This document shows positions 35,117-44,526 of a DNA stretch of 53,920 nt, one piece after another (the stretch's first letter is position 1; each line of letters begins with the position of its first letter). Source of the stretch: a virus (lineage: Duplodnaviria > Caudoviricetes); the IMG/VR virus record IMGVR_UViG_3300017998_000013, positions 1 to 53,920 of that record; one strand, 5' to 3'. The translations under genes were made by a program, and so were the position numbers. Below the pieces are notes generated by a model. The model saw only the letters and a list, made by a program, of their open reading frames with translations, ran no database searches and was not told where the DNA came from.

Positions 35117-35850
35117 TAGAAATCCCCCCTTTTCATGCGCCTGCGCGGTAAAGGCACCGCCCTGGCGTTGAGCACCGTGTCCACCTCGTTCTGTAGCATG
35201 GCCTCGAAGTCCGGATCTGCCTGGATGACGTTCAGCCCCTTGGTGATCACCCGGGGAACGCCCTGGAAAAACGCCTGGTCGAACAGCCCGTTGAACGGTA
35301 TCGGCACATCGGATGTCACATTATCGACTGTCTGCGTGGGAGCGGATATCTCTGACGGCATCCCGTAGTATCTTGCTTTGATGGAAACTGAGACAAGACC
35401 GGTATCGAGTGCAGGGTAAAAGACAATCTGTGCCAGTCCGAGAAGTTCATATTTATACGGAGAAAGCGCCGTCTGTCCTTGGAATCGAGCCCGGCTGCCG
35501 GTTATCGGCTCAAGGCATCCCGATCGGCCGTAAAGGTCGTAATCGTAGCCGCCGTAACTCTGCGAATTATCACTATCCCAATTATCATCGTCATAACTCC
35601 CGCTGTAATCGGGATTGTACGGCTTTTCCGCAAGGGAAATGAACCCGTCAGGGAGGTCGTAATAAACCGTGTCAGGGGTGACGGTCCATGTGTTTTCCAT
35701 TTGAACGAGCAGATCACTCTTCACTTTGATGAGGCGCTTGGCGATCATCGAAGCGACATAGTTTATTGCTTGGTAGAATGTCGTGCCGGTCGGCGGGGCT
35801 TTGGCAATCCGCGGGAGGGCATCAAGGACTAGTTGCTTAACGGTTGTCAT
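35113..35850 (-). CDS. Putative tail/adaptor structural protein
   Basis: MTTVKQLV..A, YDLPDGF and P..Y...G...FYP motifs; located in the tail block. Confidence 0.55.
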   Translation of the reverse strand: MTTVKQLVLDALPRIAKAPPTGTTFYQAINYVASMIAKRLIKVKSDLLVQMENTWTVTPDTVYYDLPDGFISLAEKPYNPDYSGSYDDDNWDSDNSQSYGGYDYDLYGRSGCLEPITGSRARFQGQTALSPYKYELLGLAQIVFYPALDTGLVSVSIKARYYGMPSEISAPTQTVDNVTSDVPIPFNGLFDQAFFQGVPRVITKGLNVIQADPDFEAMLQNEVDTVLNARAVPLPRRRMKRGDFY

Positions 35851-36131
35851 GATAAACGGTCCTCCGGATCATAGAGGCGGCGCCCTCCAGGCGATACAGC
35901 ATCTACTGCTTTTTTGCACCCTTCGCAGTGCATAATGGTCAGCAATATCTGGTCAACCTTGCCATCAGTAGTCTTCTGCCCTTTGACGAAACTCTTGCCT
36001 ACCCATACCAGCACCCCCACAAGGGCTCCCCCGACTGCACCGATTACACTCACGAGCAGTTTTACAGCCGTCCATATTACCGGCATTATCGCATTATACA
36101 TCTCTAAAGATGGTTGGATAGGTGTCGTCAT
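35847..36131 (-). CDS. Single-TM membrane protein (holin-like)
   Basis: Long hydrophobic segment followed by a charged tail. Confidence 0.5.
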   Translation of the reverse strand: MTTPIQPSLEMYNAIMPVIWTAVKLLVSVIGAVGGALVGVLVWVGKSFVKGQKTTDGKVDQILLTIMHCEGCKKAVDAVSPGGRRLYDPEDRLS

Positions 36132-36146
36132 GCCGCCCCCTTTTTG

Positions 36147-36944
36147 TTACCCCGCCATTTTCAGCGCCGCCATCTGCGCTTCCCAGTCGGCAACGGTCAT
36201 GCCTATAGGAGTTATCCCGGTCGTGTCCGTCCAGTCCTGAGAGATGAAAGAATAGACCTCATCAACGAATGCGTCAAAGAAAGCCTGAGTCATGCCGTAC
36301 TTTCTCCCCCATGAAATCACAGGGTAGGTTCCCGCCACATTGTAGCCCGGCAGAATGACGCAATGCCCTCCAACTGTGTCCGTCACGTCCACGCCAGCGG
36401 GAACATCCCACACATCCGGCGGGGTCATCGGGTTGCCCTGCGCATCGTACATCAGGAAGCGGGGAACCTCGAAGCCGATATAGACCAGGCCCGATTCGTA
36501 GATGCACTCCTTCACATCCTGTGTATTGCGCGGGTCCGTCTCGAAGAATCCAAGGAGCTTTTCTGCGGTCGTGCCGTCACCGATAGGAAAGCCGGTATTG
36601 ACGCAGTACCCGAGCACGTCCTGCTCGACGCCACCTTTGTCGGTGTTGGGGTCGTTGGGGTCATAACCGCAGGCCTGTTCATAAAGGGCCTGGACGCAGT
36701 TGTCCGATTCGGTGATGATGTTCTTTGCCGCCCATTGGGTAAGCACCTGCCGGGCATGGTAGACACCAGCGCAAGTGCAATCCCCTTCTGCATCGTTGAG
36801 CATCATTCCCACGTCGACAGGGAGTCCGGGCGTGTAATCGCAAGAATCGGGAATCAAGAGTGTCTTTTCCCGGCGCATGGTGAGGGCCGAGTAGTGAGGA
36901 ATGAAAGGATAGAATTTACGGGGCAACCGCCCGAGTTGGAACAT
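36147..36944 (-). CDS. Papain-like (C1-type) cysteine peptidase
   Basis: MMLND..GDCTCAG (catalytic Cys), GGHCVIL.GY (His) and ISWG; SD GGAGG before MFQLGRLP. Confidence 0.7.
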   Translation of the reverse strand: MFQLGRLPRKFYPFIPHYSALTMRREKTLLIPDSCDYTPGLPVDVGMMLNDAEGDCTCAGVYHARQVLTQWAAKNIITESDNCVQALYEQACGYDPNDPNTDKGGVEQDVLGYCVNTGFPIGDGTTAEKLLGFFETDPRNTQDVKECIYESGLVYIGFEVPRFLMYDAQGNPMTPPDVWDVPAGVDVTDTVGGHCVILPGYNVAGTYPVISWGRKYGMTQAFFDAFVDEVYSFISQDWTDTTGITPIGMTVADWEAQMAALKMAG

Positions 36945-37013
36945 ATCAACCTCCAAAACTAGGGGCGGCGGACCGCCCCGTTACCAAAAGGCTGGCAGAT
37001 CAAGTCCGTGGTG

Positions 37014-37325
37014 TCAGGTCGTGGGCTCGACCGGCGGCGGGTCGGGGACCGGCGGCACGAACGACGGGTCGATCTTCTTGGCGATTGCCACCGACGCAGT
37101 ATAGACTGCATTGGCGATCTTCAGGATGTTGGCGCCGTAGAGTTTGATCAGGCCGGGGATCAGGTTGGTCTGGAAACCGGTGAAGGTAATCCCGGCAGCG
37201 GCGAGCGCGTCGCCCAGGTCGGTAATGTCCCCTTGGAACTGGGCACTTTCAGCGAACTGTACGAAATTGATGAGCTTTACATCTGCGTTAATTTCATCTT
37301 CCAGAATCTTGTTGATGAGTGACAT
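37014..37325 (-). CDS. Hypothetical protein
   Basis: SD AAGGAG before MSLINK; Pro-rich tail. Confidence 0.6.
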   Translation of the reverse strand: MSLINKILEDEINADVKLINFVQFAESAQFQGDITDLGDALAAAGITFTGFQTNLIPGLIKLYGANILKIANAVYTASVAIAKKIDPSFVPPVPDPPPVEPTT

Positions 37326-37327
37326 GC

Positions 37328-37525
37328 CTAAACTCCTTTCATTGCCGGGTCTTGCCCGGCTGGTTCTGGGGGGCTTGCGTCCCCCTGTTTTTGTGATGTC
37401 CCTGGCCGGAGTATGGCACCCATGATGCCGAGACACACCCCGGCGGTTATCCCGTCCTTTGCATAAACAGCATAAGCCCCAATTCCCGCGACCGCAAGTG
37501 AAAAAATCAGTTTATCCCAGTCCAT
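37328..37525 (-). CDS. Small two-TM protein, holin candidate
   Basis: LIFSLAVAGIGAYAV and ITAGVCLGIMGAIL segments, downstream of the endolysin. Confidence 0.5.
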   Translation of the reverse strand: MDWDKLIFSLAVAGIGAYAVYAKDGITAGVCLGIMGAILRPGTSQKQGDASPPEPAGQDPAMKGV

Positions 37526-38018
37526 GACCATCCCCTTTCTGGTATTTAATCCACGCATTTATTTGTGCGGCGAGCCGTCTATACATGAAATCAGGGGCCA
37601 TGCCTTGTGCCGCCATCCCGAGCAGCAAACCGATTGATTGAATGGACGCGCCTACCGCCTCGCTGCATATCCAGACGTGATCATCCTCAACGAGCAGGGG
37701 AATCGGGAGAAATGCGGTGAAGATAATAATCCATCCATATTTTGGCTTCACAAGAAACACGCCCCCTGCGGCAATTAATTCAGCCTGGGCCCTGACAATC
37801 TTCTCCTGAGCCTTGGTGCAGGCAATCGGTATGCAGTCCCAGGCGCCCGGTTCCATATCGATGTGATCTTTGAAAGAAGGCCCGTTGTCCTCGTCTCGGG
37901 AAGAAAAGAACTTGCCATCGGAAAACTGGAGCTCAACATGGCAATGATGACCACTAAAGAACATGATCACGCTGCCGAAGAATGACGTCGCCTTTTTCTT
38001 GAACCATACGCGCATCAT
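37512..38018 (-). CDS. Permuted NlpC/P60 (YiiX/YebB-like) papain-fold enzyme
   Basis: His first (HCHVEL), then KYGW and WICSE (Cys last): the circularly permuted order. Confidence 0.65.
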   Translation of the reverse strand: MMRVWFKKKATSFFGSVIMFFSGHHCHVELQFSDGKFFSSRDEDNGPSFKDHIDMEPGAWDCIPIACTKAQEKIVRAQAELIAAGGVFLVKPKYGWIIIFTAFLPIPLLVEDDHVWICSEAVGASIQSIGLLLGMAAQGMAPDFMYRRLAAQINAWIKYQKGDGHGLG

Positions 38019-38251
38019 TTGATATCCAAAGCGTTATCAAGTTCTCTTGCGTCGTCAAGGGACTTCTGGCAGGCTACCGGGTTTGCTTTACACCATGCCG
38101 CCCATTCCTGCGCTTGTTGTTTGCCCGCCGCATCGTTCTTTTTTGTCAAGTCAACAGAGCTAATAACCCCTGCCCCGCTGAACTTCTCGTTGTGGGAGGT
38201 CACACACCCCTGCATCATCAATACTGCCGCCAGAATCAAGAGAGTTTTCAT
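38015..38251 (-). CDS. Lipoprotein (possible spanin component)
   Basis: Lipobox MMQGC; directly after the endolysin with an ATGA overlap. Confidence 0.6.
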   Translation of the reverse strand: MKTLLILAAVLMMQGCVTSHNEKFSGAGVISSVDLTKKNDAAGKQQAQEWAAWCKANPVACQKSLDDARELDNALDIK

Positions 38252-38685
38252 ACTGTTGCTCCTTTCCTTAGTTCTTCCACAATTCTATTGCTGCGGCCGG
38301 GGGCACCCCCGGAGTTTTTAAGCTGCCGATACCAAAGACTGTCCATTGCCTGATCTGCCGCCTCGTCCCAATTATCGGCCTTAATTGCGGCAACCATGTT
38401 GTGGAAGCCCTCAACTCCGGCCTTGCCAAGGTTGAACACCATGTTAACGAGCGCCCCCTGACGAACATCATCCATCGGCTGATCGGCAAAGATTTCGTGA
38501 AACTCCTGGATGGCCTGGTCTACCCGGCGGCCGAGTAGGATGGTTGCCGTCTCTTCCGAGATAGTGGAACTTTGCCCTGGCGCACAGCATCCGTAACCAT
38601 ACGTCCATTGTTTGTTATCCCAGAAAGCGGATGCCGTAAATCCTTCATCAATCTTCAACTGATTTATTATCGCGTCTCTGTTCAT
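38248..38685 (-). CDS. Endolysin, T4-lysozyme-like (GH24) muramidase
   Basis: LKIDEG, TYGYG, RQGALVNMVFNLG, F.NM.AA, AA..AMDSLWYRQ, R..R. Confidence 0.9.
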   Translation of the reverse strand: MNRDAIINQLKIDEGFTASAFWDNKQWTYGYGCCAPGQSSTISEETATILLGRRVDQAIQEFHEIFADQPMDDVRQGALVNMVFNLGKAGVEGFHNMVAAIKADNWDEAADQAMDSLWYRQLKNSGGAPGRSNRIVEELRKGATV

Positions 38686-38857
38686 ATTTGCCTCCAGCGT
38701 TTTATTTAATCAGGATGCGCCGCCCCCTGAGTTAGACCATAGTAAGGGCCAGGAACAATGACAGAATCCCCTGGGTTATCAAGGCATCACCCCCCCCCCC
38801 ATTTTCAGCATCCAGATATGAGCGCCACTGAGGACGCCCATAATTCGACGTTGAAAA

Positions 38858-40072
38858 TTAGAATCTGCCACCGTATACCTGCAACATAATCATTGCGGTA
38901 GCCGGGAGGTCTTTCGGAATCCAGCCAAGGCTTTGAAGCGCCTGGAGTTCTTCCATGGTCAGCCCCTTGGCAACGTACATCATGCCCCTAACCGAAGCGG
39001 AGACGGTCGGAGGGGTGATGGTAAAGGTCGCCCCGTTGCCGGTCGCCGCGGCAGAGGTGAAGGTGTAGAATGCCATGGCGTGCGTAGTGGTGCTGTTGTA
39101 AAGCTGAGCGCAGTCAGCGGTAATACCGGTGCCGTCGGTTGCGGTCCAGACGAGGCCACCGGTGCAGTTGAAATCAGAGGCCAACGGAGAACTGCCGGCG
39201 GTCGCAGCGGCGGTGAGTGTAGCATAAGAATTCGTAATGTACCCGCCGACATTTGCAGCTTGGCTGATATTGGCAGAGGTACTTTGAGCTATGAGTCCCC
39301 CTGTCACAGTTAACGAACTGAGCGCCCCCGTTGAGCCTTCAGCCGTCAATGGTATCAGGTCGCTTCTCAACATGCCGAGCGGGTCATGCTGTGCGCCGAC
39401 TGATCCTACCGAAGCGAGGGCAACATTTGCAATGCCAAGCCCGGCGGTCGTGATCGCCGTGGTGCTGGCGGTCCCGCCATAGCTTGCAAGATAAGCCAGT
39501 CCGTTGCTCATGCCGCCAGCGGATACCGGGAAGGGCCAGGTTGTGCCGACACTCCCCCCATCTGACAAGGTGACAACTGCGATGCTCTGCGCCGTTACTC
39601 CGATCGTGCCGATACCTGCCCCGCCGCCGCTTCCATAAGGGGCCGGGCTATTATTCACGAAACCGTTTATCCCTAAGAACCCGACAAGCCCCTGGCTGCC
39701 GACCTGATTATTTAATAAGCTGACTTGTCCGGCAAGCCCACCATATGCTGCAACATTTCCCCCAGACTGCGCCCCTAATGATGGAGAAGGCACAACCGCG
39801 CTGATGGTGGAAGAGATGAAAAGACAATTGCCGATGCCACCCTTTGCGCCAACAGAGGGGTGAAACGGTTGGCTCCCTATACCGGGATTCCAATTGAACG
39901 CTTGCATATGGAATGGGAAACCGACACCGCTCCATGCGAAATCCCCAAAATGGAATGGGGGTCCATTGTTAAGGCCTGAACCTGTATAAAGAGACGCTAC
40001 GCTGCCTCCCCATGCAGAGGTGCCCAAGGAAATACAAAACAGTATTGATATCAGGGTATTAAATCTTTTCAC
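38858..40072 (-). CDS. Gly/Ser/Ala-rich structural-region protein with signal peptide
   Basis: GTG start; MKRFNTLISILFCISLGTSAWG; low-complexity, beta-rich body. Confidence 0.65.
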   Translation of the reverse strand: MKRFNTLISILFCISLGTSAWGGSVASLYTGSGLNNGPPFHFGDFAWSGVGFPFHMQAFNWNPGIGSQPFHPSVGAKGGIGNCLFISSTISAVVPSPSLGAQSGGNVAAYGGLAGQVSLLNNQVGSQGLVGFLGINGFVNNSPAPYGSGGGAGIGTIGVTAQSIAVVTLSDGGSVGTTWPFPVSAGGMSNGLAYLASYGGTASTTAITTAGLGIANVALASVGSVGAQHDPLGMLRSDLIPLTAEGSTGALSSLTVTGGLIAQSTSANISQAANVGGYITNSYATLTAAATAGSSPLASDFNCTGGLVWTATDGTGITADCAQLYNSTTTHAMAFYTFTSAAATGNGATFTITPPTVSASVRGMMYVAKGLTMEELQALQSLGWIPKDLPATAMIMLQVYGGRF

Positions 40073-40081
40073 CGACTTCCC

Positions 40082-40507
40082 CTATGGCGTATATCCGCCG
40101 ATAAATGTTCCGCTGCCGAGTGTCAGGAAAAAGTTTTGTACCCCGTTCAGATAAACTTTGACAGGAACAATGGTATTCGCATAAGAGTTTGCTGATGTGG
40201 AAACGATTCGGCAGGTCCATTCAGCCGCTGTCAGGTTCGTTTTGCCATAATTGGTTGAGTAATTGGCAAACCCATGGGTCCCCAATGAAAGCGTCCGGGA
40301 ATAAGCATCGTCGGGCGAAAACCCTTGTATAATACTGGTCTCCCCGCCAACAGCGTCGGTTTTCAGTTTCTTGTTCATCCCGAAAACGCCGCATTCGATA
40401 TGGTTCGCCGAGGAATACGCTTGAAATCCGATCTTCATCATCGGCCCGGCATATGTGATTGCAGCCGATAGGGTTACCATCAAAACTGCGATTATTATCC
40501 TTTTCAT
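40082..40507 (-). CDS. Structural-region protein with signal peptide
   Basis: MKRIIIAVLMVTLSAAITYA; ATGA overlap with the upstream gene. Confidence 0.65.
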   Translation of the reverse strand: MKRIIIAVLMVTLSAAITYAGPMMKIGFQAYSSANHIECGVFGMNKKLKTDAVGGETSIIQGFSPDDAYSRTLSLGTHGFANYSTNYGKTNLTAAEWTCRIVSTSANSYANTIVPVKVYLNGVQNFFLTLGSGTFIGGYTP

Positions 40508-40917
40508 GTCGCCTCCAGTTCCTTTAATCTTCCGTCCAGGAGTTCAATTAACCATGGTCGCCGGGTTGCGGAAGAGTCCTCTTGCGCCCCTATGACGAAC
40601 AGCATCTCTTTGTCCTTGCATCCCTTTACCGCTTTTGTGATCTGCTGGTAGTTGGTGAGCACGAAAAATTCTTCCTTCGTGAATGAAACGCCCTGATCTG
40701 CCGGTTTACTCGGCGCCTCGGTTTTTTTGCTCTGATATTCCCGGTAAAAACCCTTCGTTGCAAGGAGCCTCTTGACCGCATGATCCGCGCAAACTTCGCA
40801 TACGTTCGATTCCTTGTCCCCTCCGGTAAGTTCAGGCCGAGACTTGAAGATGTACTTCATCCCGGCATGGTTGAATTCCGTCAGCCCGTCTCTCTTGATA
40901 AGGCATTCGATAATCAT
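40504..40917 (-). CDS. Conserved-type phage protein downstream of the capsid genes
   Basis: MIIECLIKR.G......G..Y.F, C.V...H...LL; SD AAGGAG. Confidence 0.65.
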   Translation of the reverse strand: MIIECLIKRDGLTEFNHAGMKYIFKSRPELTGGDKESNVCEVCADHAVKRLLATKGFYREYQSKKTEAPSKPADQGVSFTKEEFFVLTNYQQITKAVKGCKDKEMLFVIGAQEDSSATRRPWLIELLDGRLKELEAT

Positions 40918-40929
40918 TGTTCACTCCTT

Positions 40930-40958
40930 GAGAAAAGGGGAGGTAGAAGCCTCCCCTT
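40930..40958 (-). terminator. Intrinsic terminator after the capsid/decoration genes
   Basis: On the - strand: AAGGGGAGG-loop-CCTCCCCTT followed by TTCTC. Confidence 0.55.
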
Positions 40959-40976
40959 CGTTGATTGATCTGCCGG

Positions 40977-41423
40977 TCAGTCGGCGCCGAGCAGGTAGAG
41001 GTAAAGGGACCGGTTAGTGGAAATGGCCGCAGGGGTCCAGGTTGCTCGTACAAAGTTGCAGAGGCTGTTGATTTCAAAGGTGGTGAATGCCGCGCCGTTG
41101 GCCAGGGTTATCACATTCCCCAAACTATCCTTCATGGGAGCCCACGGACCACTGGCGGTTACCCCACAATAGAGGGTGGCCGGACCGTTGATGTTGGTCG
41201 TCTGGACTGCGCTGGACATTCCCGTAAAAACTGCGGTCGCCCTGACGTTGCCGAACATCCGGGTAACATTGGAGTTCAACGCCGAAGTGGCGGTGGCCGC
41301 CTTGGCGCTGAATATCGCGTTAGATTCCCTGGTGACAAGCGGACCGTTCTGCATGTCGGCGAAAGCTGCCGAGCAGAGCATACCCACTATGACAAGGGAA
41401 AAGACTGAGATAAGGTTCTTCAT
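40977..41423 (-). CDS. Beta-rich capsid-decoration-like protein with signal peptide
   Basis: MKNLISVFSLVIVGMLCSAAFA, then G.W..., FVRATW. Confidence 0.6.
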   Translation of the reverse strand: MKNLISVFSLVIVGMLCSAAFADMQNGPLVTRESNAIFSAKAATATSALNSNVTRMFGNVRATAVFTGMSSAVQTTNINGPATLYCGVTASGPWAPMKDSLGNVITLANGAAFTTFEINSLCNFVRATWTPAAISTNRSLYLYLLGAD

Positions 41424-41453
41424 CTGTTCCTCCTTGTAAGTTATTTGTCTGGC

Positions 41454-41975
41454 TTAGTTCCCGTCGGGGATATAGATGAGAACCATCCTCAGCTTCGCCC
41501 CAGTGTTGAGCCCCGTCGCCCCGGTGGTGATCTTGATCCCGTACCAGGTATCATAATCGGAGACCGCCTGCAGGAGTCCGGCCGCGGTATCCGCTCTGGC
41601 AACCCCGCCAGCCTGGCCAACGCTCGATGTGGTGATCACGTTCGTGCTCGACCCCTCCAGGTCCGTGAAGTCCTTTTTAAGCAACCCCGCGGACATGACA
41701 AGAGCTACCCCGCTGTCAATATCCCCTGCAACAATATAGGAATCAATCAACTTATGCCCTTTGGGGACGCAACCAGCTACGTACATATCGCTGGTGGCGA
41801 GCGGATCGGTAGCCGTGGCGAGGGTTATGTCAGAAATGGAGTTGATCGGCACCCCCGCCCCCTGGTGAGTCAGCGCCGCAACGGAGCCTTGCAGCGGCTG
41901 AAGTGTCGCGGCGGCATCATCTGCAGCGGGGGTTACCCCGACTGCCTTACTCATGTATCTTATGGTCTGTGCCAT
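41454..41975 (-). CDS. Capsid cement/decoration protein
   Basis: Immediately after the MCP; VP.G....D......D.DSG..L....G and QAGG.AR motifs. Confidence 0.65.
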   Translation of the reverse strand: MAQTIRYMSKAVGVTPAADDAAATLQPLQGSVAALTHQGAGVPINSISDITLATATDPLATSDMYVAGCVPKGHKLIDSYIVAGDIDSGVALVMSAGLLKKDFTDLEGSSTNVITTSSVGQAGGVARADTAAGLLQAVSDYDTWYGIKITTGATGLNTGAKLRMVLIYIPDGN

Positions 41976-42031
41976 TTGAGTCCTCCTTGGCTAAAGCGTA
42001 AGGAGGGGGTTCCACGCCCCTCCGGGTTATT

Positions 42032-43156
42032 TTACGAGGTGATGGAGGTAGGATCGGCAGCCGTGTCGAGGGCGAAAATGCCGAAATCCAGCCCGTTGAA
42101 GGTGACTTTCTTAACGCCCCACCTGGTGCCGGTGCAGATCTCCAGAACGTACTGGAAATCCTTCCATTCTTCCTTCCAGGAGAAGGTGTTGGCCTCCCCG
42201 GGTTGCCCAAGGGCGAGTACGCCGGCCTGAACGCCGCAGAATAGAGCGCGTGCGCCGGCAAGGGTACTGTTCGCGCCCCATGTGCTGAACGTCAGGTTTG
42301 CGTCATGAACCTGGATAACCACGTCACGGTAGATGCCGAGCGCGTCCTTGGTGTAATTGCTCTCGGATTCGTTGGCGCCGGTAGCCAGGGCCTTGGTGAT
42401 CTGCGCCCAACCGAGTTCGCCCTGTTCACGTCTCAGGTCGAATTCCTGTATCGGATGGATGACGCACAGGAAGCGTTTCTTGCCGCCGACTTTGGGAGCC
42501 GTGATCTTCGGGATACGAGCAGTGCCACCGCCCATGGTTTTGGCTTTGGCGATTGCCTTGTCGAGCAGTTTCAACCCGAACTTGTCATCGGCCGTCAGGG
42601 TCCCGGTCGAGGTTGCCGACCCATCCCCACCGAACATCTGGTGGTAGGAGTCAGGAGCAACGAACGAGTTGTTGGCGTAGCCGGTGAAGTCGGTCGCCTC
42701 GATGAAATCGGTATTGCTTCCGCGGGCGCCGGACAGGTACATGGTGATCGTCTCGTCAAACAGACGAATCATGTACTCGGACTGGCGGGCGCGGCCGATT
42801 TCGCGAAATTCCAGCATGGTTTTCTGCTGGTCGTTGGTGTTGCCGCAGGACACGACTTTACGGAGCTGGTCAACGTAAACCAGATCGCTGTAAGTGTCGA
42901 GCTGCTCGGCGGTTCCTTCCGCCTTTTGTTCGCCCTGGACGGGCTTGCCGCGGAGCTGCAGAGAGAGATAGTAGCGAACGGATTCACCACGCATCTTCTC
43001 CAGGTCTGTGAGACGCCAGATAGGCATCGTCGGGTTTTTGCCGCTGGACATGAACTTGCTGTTCCAGTAGCCCTCTCTCGCAAGATCCACCGCGACCATC
43101 GCTGAGTACCGCTGGACGGCCTGGACGGAACTATGCACGACTGTGGTCTGTGCCAT
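42032..43156 (-). CDS. Major capsid protein, N4-gp56/DUF4043 family
   Basis: DLEK..GE.V.Y.L...L...PV.G...EG..E.L..Y.D...VDQLR, IHP.Q..DLR, ARALF.G.QA, G.KK..FN..DFG..ALDTAA. Confidence 0.9.
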   Translation of the reverse strand: MAQTTVVHSSVQAVQRYSAMVAVDLAREGYWNSKFMSSGKNPTMPIWRLTDLEKMRGESVRYYLSLQLRGKPVQGEQKAEGTAEQLDTYSDLVYVDQLRKVVSCGNTNDQQKTMLEFREIGRARQSEYMIRLFDETITMYLSGARGSNTDFIEATDFTGYANNSFVAPDSYHQMFGGDGSATSTGTLTADDKFGLKLLDKAIAKAKTMGGGTARIPKITAPKVGGKKRFLCVIHPIQEFDLRREQGELGWAQITKALATGANESESNYTKDALGIYRDVVIQVHDANLTFSTWGANSTLAGARALFCGVQAGVLALGQPGEANTFSWKEEWKDFQYVLEICTGTRWGVKKVTFNGLDFGIFALDTAADPTSITS

Positions 43157-43355
43157 TTTGTCCTCCTTTTTCGCCGTCCTGGTGATTATGGATGTCCGTC
43201 AAGTCTGTAATCCTTACTGACGGGTCTGCTTCAAACACTACTTTAACGGCATTCTCTATGTAATCGGAACGCCGGAATTTAAGGGTTATAATCTGGCCCA
43301 AAATAGTGAACTGAATCCCTCTCCCAAACTTTATTTCCTTTAGAAGTCGGGACAT
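43131..43355 (-). CDS. CsrA-like small beta protein
   Basis: NAVKVVFEADPSVRI resembles CsrA NQVRIGVNAPKEVSV; sits between scaffold and MCP. Confidence 0.45.
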   Translation of the reverse strand: MSRLLKEIKFGRGIQFTILGQIITLKFRRSDYIENAVKVVFEADPSVRITDLTDIHNHQDGEKGGQNGTDHSRA

Positions 43356-44512
43356 TAAGTCCTCGCGCCTTTCAGATACGCCGCTTCCTGCTGTGGCGTC
43401 ATCCTGGCAAGGGCTTCTTCCCTCTCAACCGGGTCCTTAATCCGGTCGATGTTGGCAAACGGGTCAGCATCATGCTCGCCGGCTGCCGGGAGTTCACCCA
43501 GGTTCACCACACTGGCTGGCACAGTTGCGGCCGGGGCTTTCGGTGTTTTTTTGCCATTTACCACCTGGGTGGCCAATGGAGTTGTTTTCCCCCGCGCCGG
43601 CAGATTAAACGCCTTGCGTACTGCGCGGTCGGCCTCGATCTGAATCAGCATCCCGGACTTGCCGGCGTTCGCGGGGTCTTTCAGGAGCACATTCACCCGT
43701 GAAGCGAATGCAGAGAAAAGCATAGCGGACTTGTCCGTGATCTTCCCCTCGGCGTCCTTCTCCCTGTACTCAGGGGTTGCGGCCACAAAAGCCTTCTGCT
43801 CTGCCATCCAGATAGCGTTTTCTTTCTGAACGTCCCGCTGGCTTATACGGGCCTCCATGCGAAGCTCGGCAATCTCCTGGTTGATGGTGGCGGTCTCGTC
43901 GTCGATCTCGTCGAGGGCGTCGCGGAGGTCTTTCTTGGTGAATTCGGTCTTGTCCGGCTTCTCTCCCTCGTCGAACCAGTCGTTTACCTCTTTTCGCTTC
44001 GCCTTGAGCGCGACTATCTTATCTGCCAGTTCCTTCGGGACTTCGACTTCTACCTTTGGCAACGGGATATCGGAGTCGGGAATGTTAATCCGGAGCGATA
44101 GGAGTTCTTCATCGGTCGGGATGACTTCCGCAACGGCAGCCTTGGCCGCTTCTTCTTTCTCTTTGTCCTCGGGAGAGAGGGCGGCTATGCGGTCGGCTTC
44201 GGCTTTATCGGCTGCCGCTTTCTGCTCGGGCGTTTCCTCACCTTCCTTAATCTCGCCGATCTCTCCAAGGGCGTCGTCAAGTTCATCTTCTTCCAGCTCT
44301 CCACCCTCGGCGGCTTCGATCTGCTCGTCGGTGATCCCGAACGCAACGCGCTCAGCGGGGAGTAGGTTCTCCCATTGGGACTTAGTGAATCCGGCAGGTA
44401 TTCCGGGTTCTGCCGTAGCTTCGCCGCCGGTCCCTGCTTCGACTTCGATCCCTCCCCCCTCAGTAGGGGGAGCGTAGAGTATCGCCCTGTTGATAAATCT
44501 GTGCATAAACAT
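43355..44512 (-). CDS. Scaffolding protein
   Basis: Acidic and helical; C-terminal L..LPAA...DPFA.ID...E.ALARMTP.Q..AYL; between portal and MCP. Confidence 0.75.
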   Translation of the reverse strand: MFMHRFINRAILYAPPTEGGGIEVEAGTGGEATAEPGIPAGFTKSQWENLLPAERVAFGITDEQIEAAEGGELEEDELDDALGEIGEIKEGEETPEQKAAADKAEADRIAALSPEDKEKEEAAKAAVAEVIPTDEELLSLRINIPDSDIPLPKVEVEVPKELADKIVALKAKRKEVNDWFDEGEKPDKTEFTKKDLRDALDEIDDETATINQEIAELRMEARISQRDVQKENAIWMAEQKAFVAATPEYREKDAEGKITDKSAMLFSAFASRVNVLLKDPANAGKSGMLIQIEADRAVRKAFNLPARGKTTPLATQVVNGKKTPKAPAATVPASVVNLGELPAAGEHDADPFANIDRIKDPVEREEALARMTPQQEAAYLKGART

Positions 44513-44526
44513 CCTGGGACCTCCTG

